Assembly: GCA_902518985.1 (NCBI GenBank)
Contig: CABYIF010000001.1
Span: forward strand, 8,814-72,813
Reading direction: 5' to 3'
Length of the DNA stretch: 64,000 nucleotides
Origin: an uncultured Alphaproteobacteria bacterium
GTDB lineage: Bacteria > Pseudomonadota > Alphaproteobacteria > HIMB59 > GCA-002718135
Shown here piece by piece: positions 1 through 10,167 of this stretch (positions within the stretch are counted from its first letter, which is position 1; every line of letters starts with the position of its first letter). The position numbers and the translations under genes were made by a program. The notes below the pieces were generated by a model that did no database searches, was not told the DNA's origin, and saw only the letters and a list, made by a program, of their open reading frames with translations.

Positions 1-241
1 TTGCAGATTTAAATTCTCCAACGCCTTCTGGAAAGCCCCCTACCATAAATTCAACGTTATGACTTTTTTCTACTGACTTCCAAATTACAGTATCTCCCTC
101 ATCAATTGATACAATTAATGGCTCATATCGTTGATTCTTTTTTTCACCATTGAAGTTAGTCCACATCTCAACCTCAACAGTTTTTGCAGAAAGTTGAGTT
201 GCAGGTATTAAAAATAAAAAAATAAATAATAAAAATCTCAT
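1..241 (-). CDS. pseudoazurin-like blue copper protein (cupredoxin); C-terminus cut by the window edge
   Basis: Own reverse-strand translation from the ATG at 241: MRFLLFIFLFLIPATQLSAKTVEVEMWTNFNGEKKNQRYEPLIVSIDEGDTVIWKSVEKSHNVEFMVGGFPEGVGEFKSA... A signal peptide is followed by a stretch colinear with remembered pseudoazurin (EVHMLNKG..FEP...PGDTVTF.PVDKGHNVE...PEGAEKFKS). It is absent from the ORF track because it runs off the window. Confidence 0.7.
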   Translation of the reverse strand, partial: MRFLLFIFLFLIPATQLSAKTVEVEMWTNFNGEKKNQRYEPLIVSIDEGDTVIWKSVEKSHNVEFMVGGFPEGVGEFKSA

Positions 242-243
242 TT

Positions 244-564
244 TTATTTTGGCATATTTGTAGCACCAGTTTCTAATGATACAATTTTACCATTTTCTAT
301 TTTAAAAACAGACATTACAGCTTGTGTGTTGCCATCATTAAAAGTTACAAATGAATGATGAACTGCTATTTCATCATTTTCATATACAATTCTATCTTTA
401 TCAGAATTTATATCACCAGACATAGCCCAACTAACAACATCAGATTTTGATAAAACATTTCCAGATGCATGCATTGTGAATTTAAAATCATCATGTATGA
501 TGTCATTCATTTCAGCTTCATTTTTTTCTTTCATCGCTTTTTGGTATCTTTCCATTAAAGTCAT
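244..564 (-). CDS. small NTF2/SnoaL-like fold protein (function unknown)
   Basis: 106-aa ORF with no signal peptide. Size and alternating pattern (DDFKF..H.SG.....D...W......D....YEND...V.H......G....VM.V....NGKI) are typical of SnoaL-like domains. Family assignment is from memory only. Confidence 0.45.
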   Translation of the reverse strand: MTLMERYQKAMKEKNEAEMNDIIHDDFKFTMHASGNVLSKSDVVSWAMSGDINSDKDRIVYENDEIAVHHSFVTFNDGNTQAVMSVFKIENGKIVSLETGATNMPK

Positions 565-618
565 ATTTTCTCCTATGTTAATTGTTATATATATTTGTTT
601 ATCTAAATTAATACTTAA

Positions 619-1590
619 TTATCTTTCCTTAATATAAGGTTGTCCAATTGCGTTAGGTGCAATTGCTTTTCCAACAAAACCAGCAAGCAACACAACGGTT
701 AAGACATAAGGTAATGCTTGAATTAATTGAACAGGTATTTCTCCGATGGCAGGTAATTCAACTCCTTGGAGTCTAATTTGAAGTGCATCTGTGAATCCAA
801 AAAGTAAACAAGCAATTAGTGCAGTTTTAGGATGCCACTTTCCAAAAATCATTGCTGCTAGAGCTAAGTATCCTCTTCCTGCTGACATCTCTCTAAAGAA
901 GTTGGCGTTAACAGCAGTTGATAAGTGAGCACCAGCAAAAGCAATTAAGACACCGTTGATTGCCAAAGCTTTATATCTCATTGCAAAAACATTAATACCT
1001 GCTGTATCAACAGCACTTGGATTTTCACCAACTGCTCTTAATCTTAAACCAAAACTTGTTTTAAATACAACCCAGAATACTAGTGGGACTGTAAGATATG
1101 CTAAATACACAAAGACGTAATGACCGCTTAATATATCACTATATATTGTTCCTACTATTGGTACATCTCTTAAACTTTCAGCAAAAGGTAAGTTTACTTC
1201 TAAAAAACGCTGATCTTCTGTAAGTGTTGGAGTTAAACCAGCTTGTCCAAACCAGGCGGCTGCAAGAGCAGTGGTTAAACCGATGATTAAAATATTAATA
1301 GCAACACATGATACAACTTGATCACCTTTATAAGTAACAGAAGCAAAGCCGTGTAACATAGAAAGGCTTACACATGCAATAATGGCCAACAATAAACCGA
1401 GCCATGGATTTCCTAAAAAGTATGAACCTACTGCAGCAACAAAAGCGGCCATTAGCATTTTACCTTCTAAACTAAAATCAATAACACCTGATCTTTCTGC
1501 AAATATACCTGCCATTGCTGCAAAAACTAATGGTGTTGAGATTCTTAAAGTAGAATTTATTAAAGATGCAATATCAGATAAAAATTCCAT
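619..1590 (-). CDS. ABC transporter permease, BMP/nucleoside (simple-sugar-like) importer, second permease
   Basis: 323 aa and polytopic hydrophobic. It is the last gene of a 4-gene SBP-ATPase-permease-permease operon. Its start overlaps the stop of the upstream permease at 1590. Confidence 0.85.
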   Translation of the reverse strand: MEFLSDIASLINSTLRISTPLVFAAMAGIFAERSGVIDFSLEGKMLMAAFVAAVGSYFLGNPWLGLLLAIIACVSLSMLHGFASVTYKGDQVVSCVAINILIIGLTTALAAAWFGQAGLTPTLTEDQRFLEVNLPFAESLRDVPIVGTIYSDILSGHYVFVYLAYLTVPLVFWVVFKTSFGLRLRAVGENPSAVDTAGINVFAMRYKALAINGVLIAFAGAHLSTAVNANFFREMSAGRGYLALAAMIFGKWHPKTALIACLLFGFTDALQIRLQGVELPAIGEIPVQLIQALPYVLTVVLLAGFVGKAIAPNAIGQPYIKER

Positions 1591-2705
1591 TATGCTTTTG
1601 CCTTTAAATTTAGTCTGTTAACAAAGAAGTTTTCAATTTGTGGTCTAAATAGGTTCTCTAATGCACCACTAAATAAAATTATTACACCTTGAACAGCAAC
1701 AAACATATACCTAGTAATATTTGGCATATCAAAAGTAACTTCTGATCCACCTTGGTATAAAATTCCAAATAAAAATGCTGCCGGAAAAATTCCTATAGGA
1801 TGGTTTCTGCCCATTAAAGCAACGGCAATTCCAGTAAAGCCGTATCCAGCAGGAAAACCTGCAACTATTTTATGATGAACCCCTAATATTTCATTAACGC
1901 CTAACAGTCCTGCCAAACCACCAGATATACACATTGCAATAATTATATTTTTATTAGGAGAAATTCCTGCATAGATTGCCGCTTGTGTATTGTGGCCAAC
2001 AGCTCTCATTTCATAACCCCATCTTGTTTTCCAAACTAAGAACCAAACAAAAAATGATGCAGCAATTGCTAAAAGAAAAGAAATATTTAAAGGCGAATAT
2101 CTAATCTTAACTCCAAAAAGAGCAGCAAAATCTTCAAAACTCGGAAACCATTGCTCCTCTGGTAAAGCAACAGTATGTGGCCCCATTTGTGTTGTGTCTC
2201 TTATTACATCAACAAGTAGAAATACCATTAAAGATGCGGCTATAAAGTTAAACATTATTGTAGTTATAACAACATGACTACCTCTTGTTGCTTGGAGATA
2301 TGCTGGAATAAAAGCCCAAGCTGCACCAAAAACTACAGCACCACCAACAGCCAATAACCATACTATTGGAACAGGTAGAAAACTAAAATTTATAGCAACT
2401 AAAAAAACACCAAGACCACCAATGTAAGCTTGGCCTTCACCGCCTATGTTAAAAAGTCTACAATGAAATGCAACGGCAAATGCTAAACCAGTAAAAATAA
2501 AATTTGTTGTATAATAAAGAGTGTAAGCAAAACCTTCAATATAACCAAAAGAACCATAGATGATTAAACGTACTGCTTCATAAGGATTTTCACCTGCTAT
2601 AAATATAAACAGGCCCGAAACAAACAATGCTAATGTTAGATTAACGAGAGGGACAATGAGATTAGAAACCCACCAAGGAACTCTAGATTTATCTACTGTT
2701 GCCAT
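1590..2705 (-). CDS. ABC transporter permease, BMP/nucleoside importer, first permease
   Basis: 371 aa and polytopic. Its start overlaps the ATPase stop at 2705. The YufP/YufQ-type pairing follows a duplicated-ATPase gene. Confidence 0.85.
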   Translation of the reverse strand: MATVDKSRVPWWVSNLIVPLVNLTLALFVSGLFIFIAGENPYEAVRLIIYGSFGYIEGFAYTLYYTTNFIFTGLAFAVAFHCRLFNIGGEGQAYIGGLGVFLVAINFSFLPVPIVWLLAVGGAVVFGAAWAFIPAYLQATRGSHVVITTIMFNFIAASLMVFLLVDVIRDTTQMGPHTVALPEEQWFPSFEDFAALFGVKIRYSPLNISFLLAIAASFFVWFLVWKTRWGYEMRAVGHNTQAAIYAGISPNKNIIIAMCISGGLAGLLGVNEILGVHHKIVAGFPAGYGFTGIAVALMGRNHPIGIFPAAFLFGILYQGGSEVTFDMPNITRYMFVAVQGVIILFSGALENLFRPQIENFFVNRLNLKAKA

Positions 2706-4225
2706 TACACAACTCCTGCCATTAATAAGCCTAACTCACGGTCAGTAACATTTTTGTTTTCTTTCTCTCCAACTATCTTTCCATCAAACATAACAACAAT
2801 TCTATCAGACAATGAAAGTACCTCATCCAACTCAACGGATACTAAAAGTATCGCAGCGCCTCTATCTCTCATGTCTATTAATCTTTGATGTATAAATTCA
2901 ATAGCCCCTATGTCTACGCCTCTAGTTGGTTGACCAACTAATAATACTTTTGGTTTTTCATTAAGTTCTCTACTTAAGATTATTTTTTGTTGATTACCGC
3001 CTGAAAAATTAGAAGTAATTAGATTTGGTGATTGGGGTCTTACATCATACTCTTCCATTATTTTTTTAGAATGAGAAATTATATCTTTATGATTTAAAAT
3101 TGATGACTTTGAAAATGGTTGTTGGTCATGATAACCAAATATAAGATTTTCATAAGCTTTAAAATCTGTAACTAATCCCATTCTTTGTCTGTCTTCAGGA
3201 ACGTGTGCTAAACCTTTTTCTTTTAGTTGTCTTGGGTTGAGAAAATTTTGACTATCTGATACTTTTTTTTCATCCAAATATATTTCACCTGACTCAACTC
3301 TTCTAATTCCAGAAAGTGCTTCCAATAATTCTGTTTGACCGTTTCCTGTAACTCCTGCTAAACCTAAAATCTCTCCTGCACGAATTTCTAAGTTTACATT
3401 CTTAACTCTTGTGACATCTAAATCATCTTTAACTGTCAAATCTTCAACTTTAAACACAACATCGCCAGTTTTGAGTTCTGATTTATCAAGTCTTAATAAT
3501 ACACTTCTACCTACCATCATTTCAGCTAATTGTTCTTTGTTTGTATTTTCGGTTTTTGTATGGCCAACCATTTCCCCTTGGCGCATAACAGATACTTCAC
3601 TTGTTAAGTCCATAATTTCAATTAATTTATGTGTGATTAAAACAATTGTTTTTCCTTCTTCATTAAGAGATCGTAATATCTTAAATAATTCATCAACTTC
3701 TTGAGGTGTCAGAACACCTGTTGGCTCGTCTAGTATAAGAATTTCTGCCCCTCTATAAAGTGACTTTAATATTTCAACTCTTTGACGAAACCCTACTGAT
3801 AAATCTGATATTGTTGAATTCAAATCAATATTTAATTTGTAGGTATCACATAAATTTTTTAAATCTTTTTTTGCTTTTTCTAAATTTTTTCCAAATACTA
3901 ATTCTCCTTCAAATCCCAAAATAATATTTTCCAGAACAGTAAAATTTTCTACCAACATAAAATGCTGGTGAACCATTCCAATCCCATTTATTATAGAGTC
4001 TTTGGGTGATCTGAGATTTATCTCTTTCCCATTAACTTTTATTGTTCCTGAATTTGCTTGATAAAGACCAAACACGATACTCATTAGTGTAGATTTTCCA
4101 GCACCATTTTCTCCAATTATTCCGTGTATTGTGCCTTTGTTAATTGTAAGATTAATATTCTTATTGGCGTGAACGTGGCCAAATGATTTATTGATGTTTG
4201 TTAACTCTAAGATTGGTGAGACCAT
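2705..4225 (-). CDS. ABC transporter ATP-binding protein with two fused ATPase cassettes
   Basis: 506 aa. Cassette 1 has Walker A GENGAGKST, signature LSVGFRQRVE and Walker B ILILDEPT. Cassette 2 has signature FSGGNQQK and Walker B-like LLVGQPTRGVD. Confidence 0.92.
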   Translation of the reverse strand: MVSPILELTNINKSFGHVHANKNINLTINKGTIHGIIGENGAGKSTLMSIVFGLYQANSGTIKVNGKEINLRSPKDSIINGIGMVHQHFMLVENFTVLENIILGFEGELVFGKNLEKAKKDLKNLCDTYKLNIDLNSTISDLSVGFRQRVEILKSLYRGAEILILDEPTGVLTPQEVDELFKILRSLNEEGKTIVLITHKLIEIMDLTSEVSVMRQGEMVGHTKTENTNKEQLAEMMVGRSVLLRLDKSELKTGDVVFKVEDLTVKDDLDVTRVKNVNLEIRAGEILGLAGVTGNGQTELLEALSGIRRVESGEIYLDEKKVSDSQNFLNPRQLKEKGLAHVPEDRQRMGLVTDFKAYENLIFGYHDQQPFSKSSILNHKDIISHSKKIMEEYDVRPQSPNLITSNFSGGNQQKIILSRELNEKPKVLLVGQPTRGVDIGAIEFIHQRLIDMRDRGAAILLVSVELDEVLSLSDRIVVMFDGKIVGEKENKNVTDRELGLLMAGVV

Positions 4226-4253
4226 AAAATTATTTAAATCTTAGGTCTCACCA
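4214..4253 (-). promoter_or_regulatory. intercistronic RNA stem-loop (10-bp perfect stem, 20-nt loop) whose 3' arm covers the start region of the ATPase gene
   Basis: tggtgagacc (4214-4223) is the exact reverse complement of ggtctcacca (4244-4253). In the minus-strand mRNA the 3' arm is the G of the AUG plus codons 2-4 (AUG GUC UCA CCA). The stem-loop sits 21 nt after the SBP gene stop. Confidence 0.5.
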
Positions 4254-4273
4254 AATTATTTATAATACTTTTA

Positions 4274-5251
4274 TTATTCTTGTGACCAGTCAGCAACTTC
4301 CATTGAGCCGCTCACAATATCTGCTGCTGCTGCTGCAACTGCTGCTTCCATTTCAGAGGTTACCATACCATCTTCAGTAGCATAGCCAACCATACCTTCG
4401 GCTAATCCAAGAATATGAATTCCTGATTCAAAAGTACCTGCAGCTGTTTTTTCAGCTTGTTCAAAAATTGTTAAATCAAGTCTTTTTAACATAGAAGTAA
4501 GCATGTTACCTGGGTGCATCCAGTTTTGATTTGTATCAACACCAATACCCATTATTCCTGCATCAGCTGCCGCTTGAAGAACACCAATACCTGTTCCACC
4601 TGCTGCTTGATACACAACATCTGCACCGCCATCAATTTGTGCTTTTGTTAATTCAGCACCCTTTGTTGGGTTGTTCCATGCTTCTGGAGTTGATCCAGTC
4701 ATGTTAGCCATAATGTTGATGTCAGGATTTACGTAAAGTGCACCTTGCTCATAGCCGCCTTGGAATTTTCTGATTAAAGGAATGTCCATTCCACCAACGA
4801 AACCTATTGTTCCGCTTTCAGAAGCCATCGCTGCAATCATACCAACTAGGAATGATCCTTCGTGCTCTTTATAACAAGCTTGATAGATATTACTTGCTGG
4901 ATCGTCTACCCAACATACATCCACCGCAACAAAGTTTGTGTCAGGATAATCAGGAGCAACTGCTGCAACGGCATCAGCTTGAGCAAAACCCATTGCTACG
5001 ATTAATGATGCACCTCTGTCTGCAATCTTACGCATACCTTGTTCAATTTGTGTATTGTTTGAAGCTTCAAATTCAACCATGCTCCAACCAAGTTCATTTT
5101 TAACTCTTTCAGCTGTTTTAAATGCTAATTCGTTAAATGATTTGTCAAACTTTCCTCCGGAGTCATATACGACTCCGATTTTGTTTGCAAACGCACTTGA
5201 AGAGAAGACAAGAGCGAAACAAACAAAAAAAATACTAAAAATTTTCTTCAT
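4274..5251 (-). CDS. BMP-family (PnrA/Med-like) periplasmic substrate-binding protein, probable nucleoside binding
   Basis: 325 aa with a signal peptide (MKKIFSIFFVCFALVFSSSAFA). BMP-family pattern GVVYDSGGKFDKSFNE...GFVGGMDIPLIRKF..GY. It is the first gene of the ABC operon. Confidence 0.85.
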   Translation of the reverse strand: MKKIFSIFFVCFALVFSSSAFANKIGVVYDSGGKFDKSFNELAFKTAERVKNELGWSMVEFEASNNTQIEQGMRKIADRGASLIVAMGFAQADAVAAVAPDYPDTNFVAVDVCWVDDPASNIYQACYKEHEGSFLVGMIAAMASESGTIGFVGGMDIPLIRKFQGGYEQGALYVNPDINIMANMTGSTPEAWNNPTKGAELTKAQIDGGADVVYQAAGGTGIGVLQAAADAGIMGIGVDTNQNWMHPGNMLTSMLKRLDLTIFEQAEKTAAGTFESGIHILGLAEGMVGYATEDGMVTSEMEAAVAAAAADIVSGSMEVADWSQE

Positions 5252-5370
5252 ACCAAAAATCCCCCTTAAATATGAATTATAGATATCCCATTGATAACAT
5301 TTTTATTGTAAAATAAAATTAATTATAAAGTGAGATAGTGGATAAATAATAAGTTTTTTTATGGATTATA

Positions 5371-5991
5371 TCAAGTTCCCATATACCGATCACCTGCGTC
5401 ACCTAGACCGGGAACGATAAATTTATTTTTGTCCAGTCTGGAGTCAATACTGCAGGTGAAAATATGGATCCCTTTTTGTTTTTTTTGGATGTTTTTCAGT
5501 CCCTCTGGGGCAGCCAGCAGGGATATCAAGAAAATATCTTTAATATTTGCCCCCTTGTTTCTAACCAAATCAATCGCAGCAGTAGATGAATTTCCAGTAG
5601 CAAGCATAGGGTCTAAAATCAAAATTTTTTTATTCTTTATTTTTGGTAACTTGAATAAGTACTCAACAGGTTCATAAGTTTGTTCGTCTCTGTATAACCC
5701 TATATGACCTTTTTCTGCATCAGGTAGAAATTTAGAAAAGCCCTCTAGCAGGCCTAAGCCAGCTCTTAAAATAGGGACAAGTATTATTTGTTTAGACAAG
5801 AATATTCCATTTGTGTTTTTAAGCGGTGTTTGCACCTTAACCCTTTTATATGGAAGATGTTTTAAAACGTCTGCTGCAATTAAATAACTAGTTTCATTCA
5901 TTGTTTGTCTAAAAACAGTATTTGAAGTTTTTTTATTTCTTAATATTGTTAGTTTATGTTGGACAAATGGAGATTTAATTACTGTAATCAT
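5371..5991 (-). CDS. upp: uracil phosphoribosyltransferase
   Basis: Motifs VPILRAGLG, PRPP loop ILILDPMLATGNS, and C-terminal VPGLGDAGDR. The track ORF extends to 6027. I prefer the Met at 5991 (MITVIKSPFVQHKLT), which matches usual Upp N-termini. Confidence 0.88.
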   Translation of the reverse strand: MITVIKSPFVQHKLTILRNKKTSNTVFRQTMNETSYLIAADVLKHLPYKRVKVQTPLKNTNGIFLSKQIILVPILRAGLGLLEGFSKFLPDAEKGHIGLYRDEQTYEPVEYLFKLPKIKNKKILILDPMLATGNSSTAAIDLVRNKGANIKDIFLISLLAAPEGLKNIQKKQKGIHIFTCSIDSRLDKNKFIVPGLGDAGDRYMGT

Positions 5992-6026
5992 TGAATATAA
6001 CATATATACAAACCTACTAAAGAGCA

Positions 6027-6512
6027 ATGCGGTTATTAACCTATTTTCTATTACTTATATTGATATCAAGCTGTACGACAATAGAGGTCACTAAAGAGGT
6101 TGTAAAAGTTAGTAATGTTGTAAAAGAAAAAGTTGGGGACCAATTTGAGAAAAAGAAAAAAGATATTGTTGAAGATAAGACTATTGTAGAAGAACAACAA
6201 ATAATCACTGAAGAAAAAGAAGAGGAAAAAACGATAGTCAAAACACAACAAAAACTGGCTCAAATTAATTTTATAGGAAAAAAAATTAATGAAATACAAA
6301 ATCAAATGGGAGAACCTAAGTTATCAAGATCTGATGGGTCTGTTCAAACATTAAGATATGATAGTAAATCTTGTAGACTTTTTCTTTTTTTTAATCTCAA
6401 TTCAAATATAAAAAGAGTAGAGCATTTTGAGTTCAGAAATTATATGGGTGTGCTTCTCAATACTAAGCGATCATTAGAAACTTGTTATAGAGAGTACAAA
6501 TTAATTAGTTAA
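6027..6512 (+). CDS. hypothetical lipoprotein with an E/K-rich linker
   Basis: 161 aa. Signal peptide with lipobox LISSC, then a charged low-complexity stretch and a C-terminal globular part. The 3' end overlaps the pyc stop by 8 nt in convergent orientation. Confidence 0.5.
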   Translation: MRLLTYFLLLILISSCTTIEVTKEVVKVSNVVKEKVGDQFEKKKKDIVEDKTIVEEQQIITEEKEEEKTIVKTQQKLAQINFIGKKINEIQNQMGEPKLSRSDGSVQTLRYDSKSCRLFLFFNLNSNIKRVEHFEFRNYMGVLLNTKRSLETCYREYKLIS

Positions 6513-9500
6513 TTTCAACTAATAAATCTTTTGTCTCAACATTATCTCCTGAGCCAACTTTAACTGATTTAATTGTGCCGCTCTTTTCAGCATTAATGGT
6601 TGTTTCCATTTTCATTGCTTCAATTACTAACAGTTTGTCACCTTTAATAACTTTATTTCCAGGTTGTACAAATATTTTAGCAACTTGACCTGGTAGTGGA
6701 GACCCGACGTGATTATTATCACTATCATCAGCTTTAGTTCTTTGTGAAATATTTTTTGAAAATTCTTTATTTTCAATATCAATTGTTCTTGGCTGTCCGT
6801 TTATTTCAAAAAAAACAGAACATTTGCCGTTAGTGTTCACTTCACTTTTTGCTAAATATCTTAAAATTAAATTTTTTCCTTTGTCCATTTCTATTGTGTA
6901 TTCTTTGTCTTGTTGCGGTCCATAAAAAAACAACTCGGTAGATAGAATAGAGGTATCACTAAACTCTTTATAGTGATCAATAAAATCTTTAAAAACTTTT
7001 GGATACATTAGATAAGATGCAAGATGATTCTGATTGATTTTCATTTCTATTTCTTTTTCTAGGTTTTCTCTTTCTTCATCTAAATTAATTGCTTCTAATA
7101 TTTCACCTGGTCTTTTTGCTAGAGGCCTTACATCTCCCAAAACTTTTTTCTGAAGTTCTTTAGGAAATCCGCCGTGAGGAATTCCTATTTCTCCTTTAAA
7201 GAATTCAATTACAGACTTTGGAAACGAAATTTCTTTTTTTGGATTTATAATATCCTCTTTACTCAAATCATTGGCAATCATATATAAAGCCATATCACCA
7301 ACAATTTTTGAAGAGGGTGTAACTTTCACAATATCCCCAAAGAGCTTATTTACTTCTGCATATGTATTAGCAACTAGACCCCACTTATCTGTTGTAATAC
7401 CTAGAGATCTTGCCTGTTCTTTAAGATTTGTGAATTGTCCGCCTGGCATTTGATGTAAATAAACATCGGAGCTTCCACCTTTGAAATCAGTTTCGAAGGC
7501 CTGATAGTTTTGACGTACTTGCTCCCAATATAATGAGAGCGTACGAATACTCTCTTCATCAAGAAGAGGATCATGATTATTTTGTTTCATAATAGAGACT
7601 ACTGAACCCAGCGCAGGTTGAGAAGTTAATCCGCTCATTGAATCTATTGCTAAATCGACAATGTCTACATTTTCTTCAATTGCCGCTAAAACTGATGCAG
7701 ATGACGTTCCTGATGTATCGTGAGTATGAAAGTGAATTGGAAGATCTGTTTCATTTTTGATTTCTTTAACAAGAAGTTTGATTGCATTTGGTTTTGCAAG
7801 TCCAGCCATATCTTTTATAGCAATGATATTTGCCCCTGCGTTTTCTAAATCTTTAACAAGATCCAGATAGTATTTAAGTGTATATTTTTTTTCATTTGGG
7901 TCTGTAACATCATTGGTATAACAAATAGTTCCCTCACAAAGTTTATTTTGTTTACGAACTTCATCAATTGCAACTCTCATATTATCAATTAAGTTTAATG
8001 AATCAAAAACACGAAATACATCTATTCCAGACTCAGCGGATTGTTTTATAAAATATTTTACAACATTATCAGGGTAATTTTTATAACCCACAGCATTAGA
8101 ACCTCTAAACAACATTTGCTTCAATAAATTTGGGGCCTTGGTATTCAATCTTGCTAGTCTATCCCAGGGATCTTCTTTTAAAAATCTCATTGAAGTATCA
8201 AACGTTGCTCCACCCCAACATTCAAGTGAAAACAAATTACTTAAATTTTGACTATAATATTCAGCAATGTTAATTATGTCATCAGTTCTCATTCTTGTTG
8301 CAAGTAACGATTGATGGGCATCTCTCATCGTAGTATCCGTTATCAAAGTGTAGGAATTATCTTTAATTTTTTTTGCAAATTTATCGGCTCCAAGATTTTT
8401 TAAATCTTCAACATAATTGTTATTTGAAATTTTATTTTTGCCACTTGGTATTTGAATTTCTGTAAATGAATTTTTATGATCTCTTCCAATTATATCAGTG
8501 TGACCATTAACTATTATGTTTCCTAAATAAGATACTATTTTTGATGCTCTATCTTTTTGGGGTTTATAATTATAAAGATCTTTGTTTGTATCAACAAAAT
8601 TCGTATTGTAATTACCATCAACAAAGTTTTTATTATTTATAAGTGACTCAAGGAAAACAAGATTAGTTTTTACTCCCCTAATTCTAAACTCTCTTAAAGC
8701 TCTATCCATCCTCTTGATACAATCTTCTTGATTTTTAGCCCAAGTAGTAACCTTAACAAGTAAGGAGTCGTAGTAGGGAGTTATGATAGATCCTGCTGAC
8801 GCATTAGCGGCATCAAGCCTTACTCCGAAACCTGCTGCAGAGCGATATGTCATTATTTTTCCATAATCAGGCATGAAATTATTAAGTGGATCCTCGGTGG
8901 TGACCCTACATTGGATGGCGTGACCATCCAAATGAATATTTTCTTGCTTTGGTAAAGCAGGATGATTTCCGACTTTCTCACCTTCCGCAATTTTTATTTG
9001 TGCTTTAACAATATCTATTCCTGTTACTTCTTCTGTAACAGTATGCTCAACTTGTATTCTTGGGTTAACTTCAATAAAATAAAATTCTGCATTTTTTTTA
9101 TCAAATAAAAACTCAACTGTACCGGCACCAAAATAATTTACCTCTTTTGCGATCTTTATTGCAGCATCACAAATATTTTTTCTAGTTTTTTCTTTTAAAA
9201 AATGAGCGGGTGCTCTCTCTATAATTTTTTGATGCCTTCTTTGTAGGGAGCAATCTCTTTCATAAAGATGTAAAATATTTCCGTGCTTATCTCCTAATAT
9301 CTGAACCTCAATATGTGCTGCATCTTCTAAAAATTTTTCAATAAATACCTCATCTTTACCAAATGCTTTTAGCGACTCACTTTGTGCCATAGTTATTTGG
9401 TCTATTAGCTCTTTGCTTGAATGCACAACTCGCATTCCTCTTCCACCACCGCCCCAACTTGCTTTGACAATTACAGGATAACCGATTTTCTCAACTTCTT

Positions 9501-9945
9501 TTTCAACTGTTTTTATATTTTCTTTTGAAACTAAAACGGAGGGTACAGTTTTAACATCGGCATCTTGTGCAACTTTTTTAGCTTCTGTTTTATTTCCAAA
9601 TCTTCTTAATATTTCTTTGCTTGGACCAATAAAAGTAATATCGTTTTTTTCACACTGCTCAGCTAGTTCAGGGCTTTCAGATAAAAAACCGTATCCAGGA
9701 TGAATAGCATCAACTTTTGCATCTTTTGCAATTTTTATTATTGAGTCGATATCTAAGTATGCTTGTATGGGTCCTTTGCCCTCACCAACTAAGTAGCTTT
9801 CATCAGTTTTAAAACGATGAATTGCAAAACGGTCTTCTTTTGAATAAATAGCTGCTGTTTTAATACCAGATTCTTCAGCAGCTCTAAAAATTCGAATAGC
9901 AATTTCACTTCTGTTTGCGGCTAGGATTTTACTAATCTTTTTCAT
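6505..9945 (-). CDS. pyc: pyruvate carboxylase
   Basis: 1146 aa. It has an N-terminal biotin carboxylase (GYPVIVKASWGGGGRGMR), a central carboxyltransferase (TMRDAHQSLLATR, HFHTHDTSG) and a C-terminal biotinyl domain with EAMKME. Confidence 0.96.
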   Translation of the reverse strand: MKKISKILAANRSEIAIRIFRAAEESGIKTAAIYSKEDRFAIHRFKTDESYLVGEGKGPIQAYLDIDSIIKIAKDAKVDAIHPGYGFLSESPELAEQCEKNDITFIGPSKEILRRFGNKTEAKKVAQDADVKTVPSVLVSKENIKTVEKEVEKIGYPVIVKASWGGGGRGMRVVHSSKELIDQITMAQSESLKAFGKDEVFIEKFLEDAAHIEVQILGDKHGNILHLYERDCSLQRRHQKIIERAPAHFLKEKTRKNICDAAIKIAKEVNYFGAGTVEFLFDKKNAEFYFIEVNPRIQVEHTVTEEVTGIDIVKAQIKIAEGEKVGNHPALPKQENIHLDGHAIQCRVTTEDPLNNFMPDYGKIMTYRSAAGFGVRLDAANASAGSIITPYYDSLLVKVTTWAKNQEDCIKRMDRALREFRIRGVKTNLVFLESLINNKNFVDGNYNTNFVDTNKDLYNYKPQKDRASKIVSYLGNIIVNGHTDIIGRDHKNSFTEIQIPSGKNKISNNNYVEDLKNLGADKFAKKIKDNSYTLITDTTMRDAHQSLLATRMRTDDIINIAEYYSQNLSNLFSLECWGGATFDTSMRFLKEDPWDRLARLNTKAPNLLKQMLFRGSNAVGYKNYPDNVVKYFIKQSAESGIDVFRVFDSLNLIDNMRVAIDEVRKQNKLCEGTICYTNDVTDPNEKKYTLKYYLDLVKDLENAGANIIAIKDMAGLAKPNAIKLLVKEIKNETDLPIHFHTHDTSGTSSASVLAAIEENVDIVDLAIDSMSGLTSQPALGSVVSIMKQNNHDPLLDEESIRTLSLYWEQVRQNYQAFETDFKGGSSDVYLHQMPGGQFTNLKEQARSLGITTDKWGLVANTYAEVNKLFGDIVKVTPSSKIVGDMALYMIANDLSKEDIINPKKEISFPKSVIEFFKGEIGIPHGGFPKELQKKVLGDVRPLAKRPGEILEAINLDEERENLEKEIEMKINQNHLASYLMYPKVFKDFIDHYKEFSDTSILSTELFFYGPQQDKEYTIEMDKGKNLILRYLAKSEVNTNGKCSVFFEINGQPRTIDIENKEFSKNISQRTKADDSDNNHVGSPLPGQVAKIFVQPGNKVIKGDKLLVIEAMKMETTINAEKSGTIKSVKVGSGDNVETKDLLVEIN

Positions 9946-10167
9946 AAGACCACCATTTTTATTATATGATATTTCTTAATATTTAATCGATCATCCATCT
10001 ATATCTTCCTATCTTATTTAGCAAGAGATGTAGGCAAATTAGCCATTTTTTAAGGTTTGGAGGCCAATTTTTTCTCCTTAGTTTGAATAATTAATATCAA
10101 TTTTAGGTATGTGCAAATATGTCCCTTTATCAGGTTAATATTTTTATAATAATGTGATTTTCTAATT

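Noticed and set aside
6041-6305. The repetitive-looking E/K-rich segment and two antisense ORFs (6041-6241, 6066-6305) in the lipoprotein gene.
   Set aside because: This is a low-complexity GAA/AAA-rich coding stretch with no discrete repeat unit. The antisense ORFs are poly-F/L artefacts of that composition.
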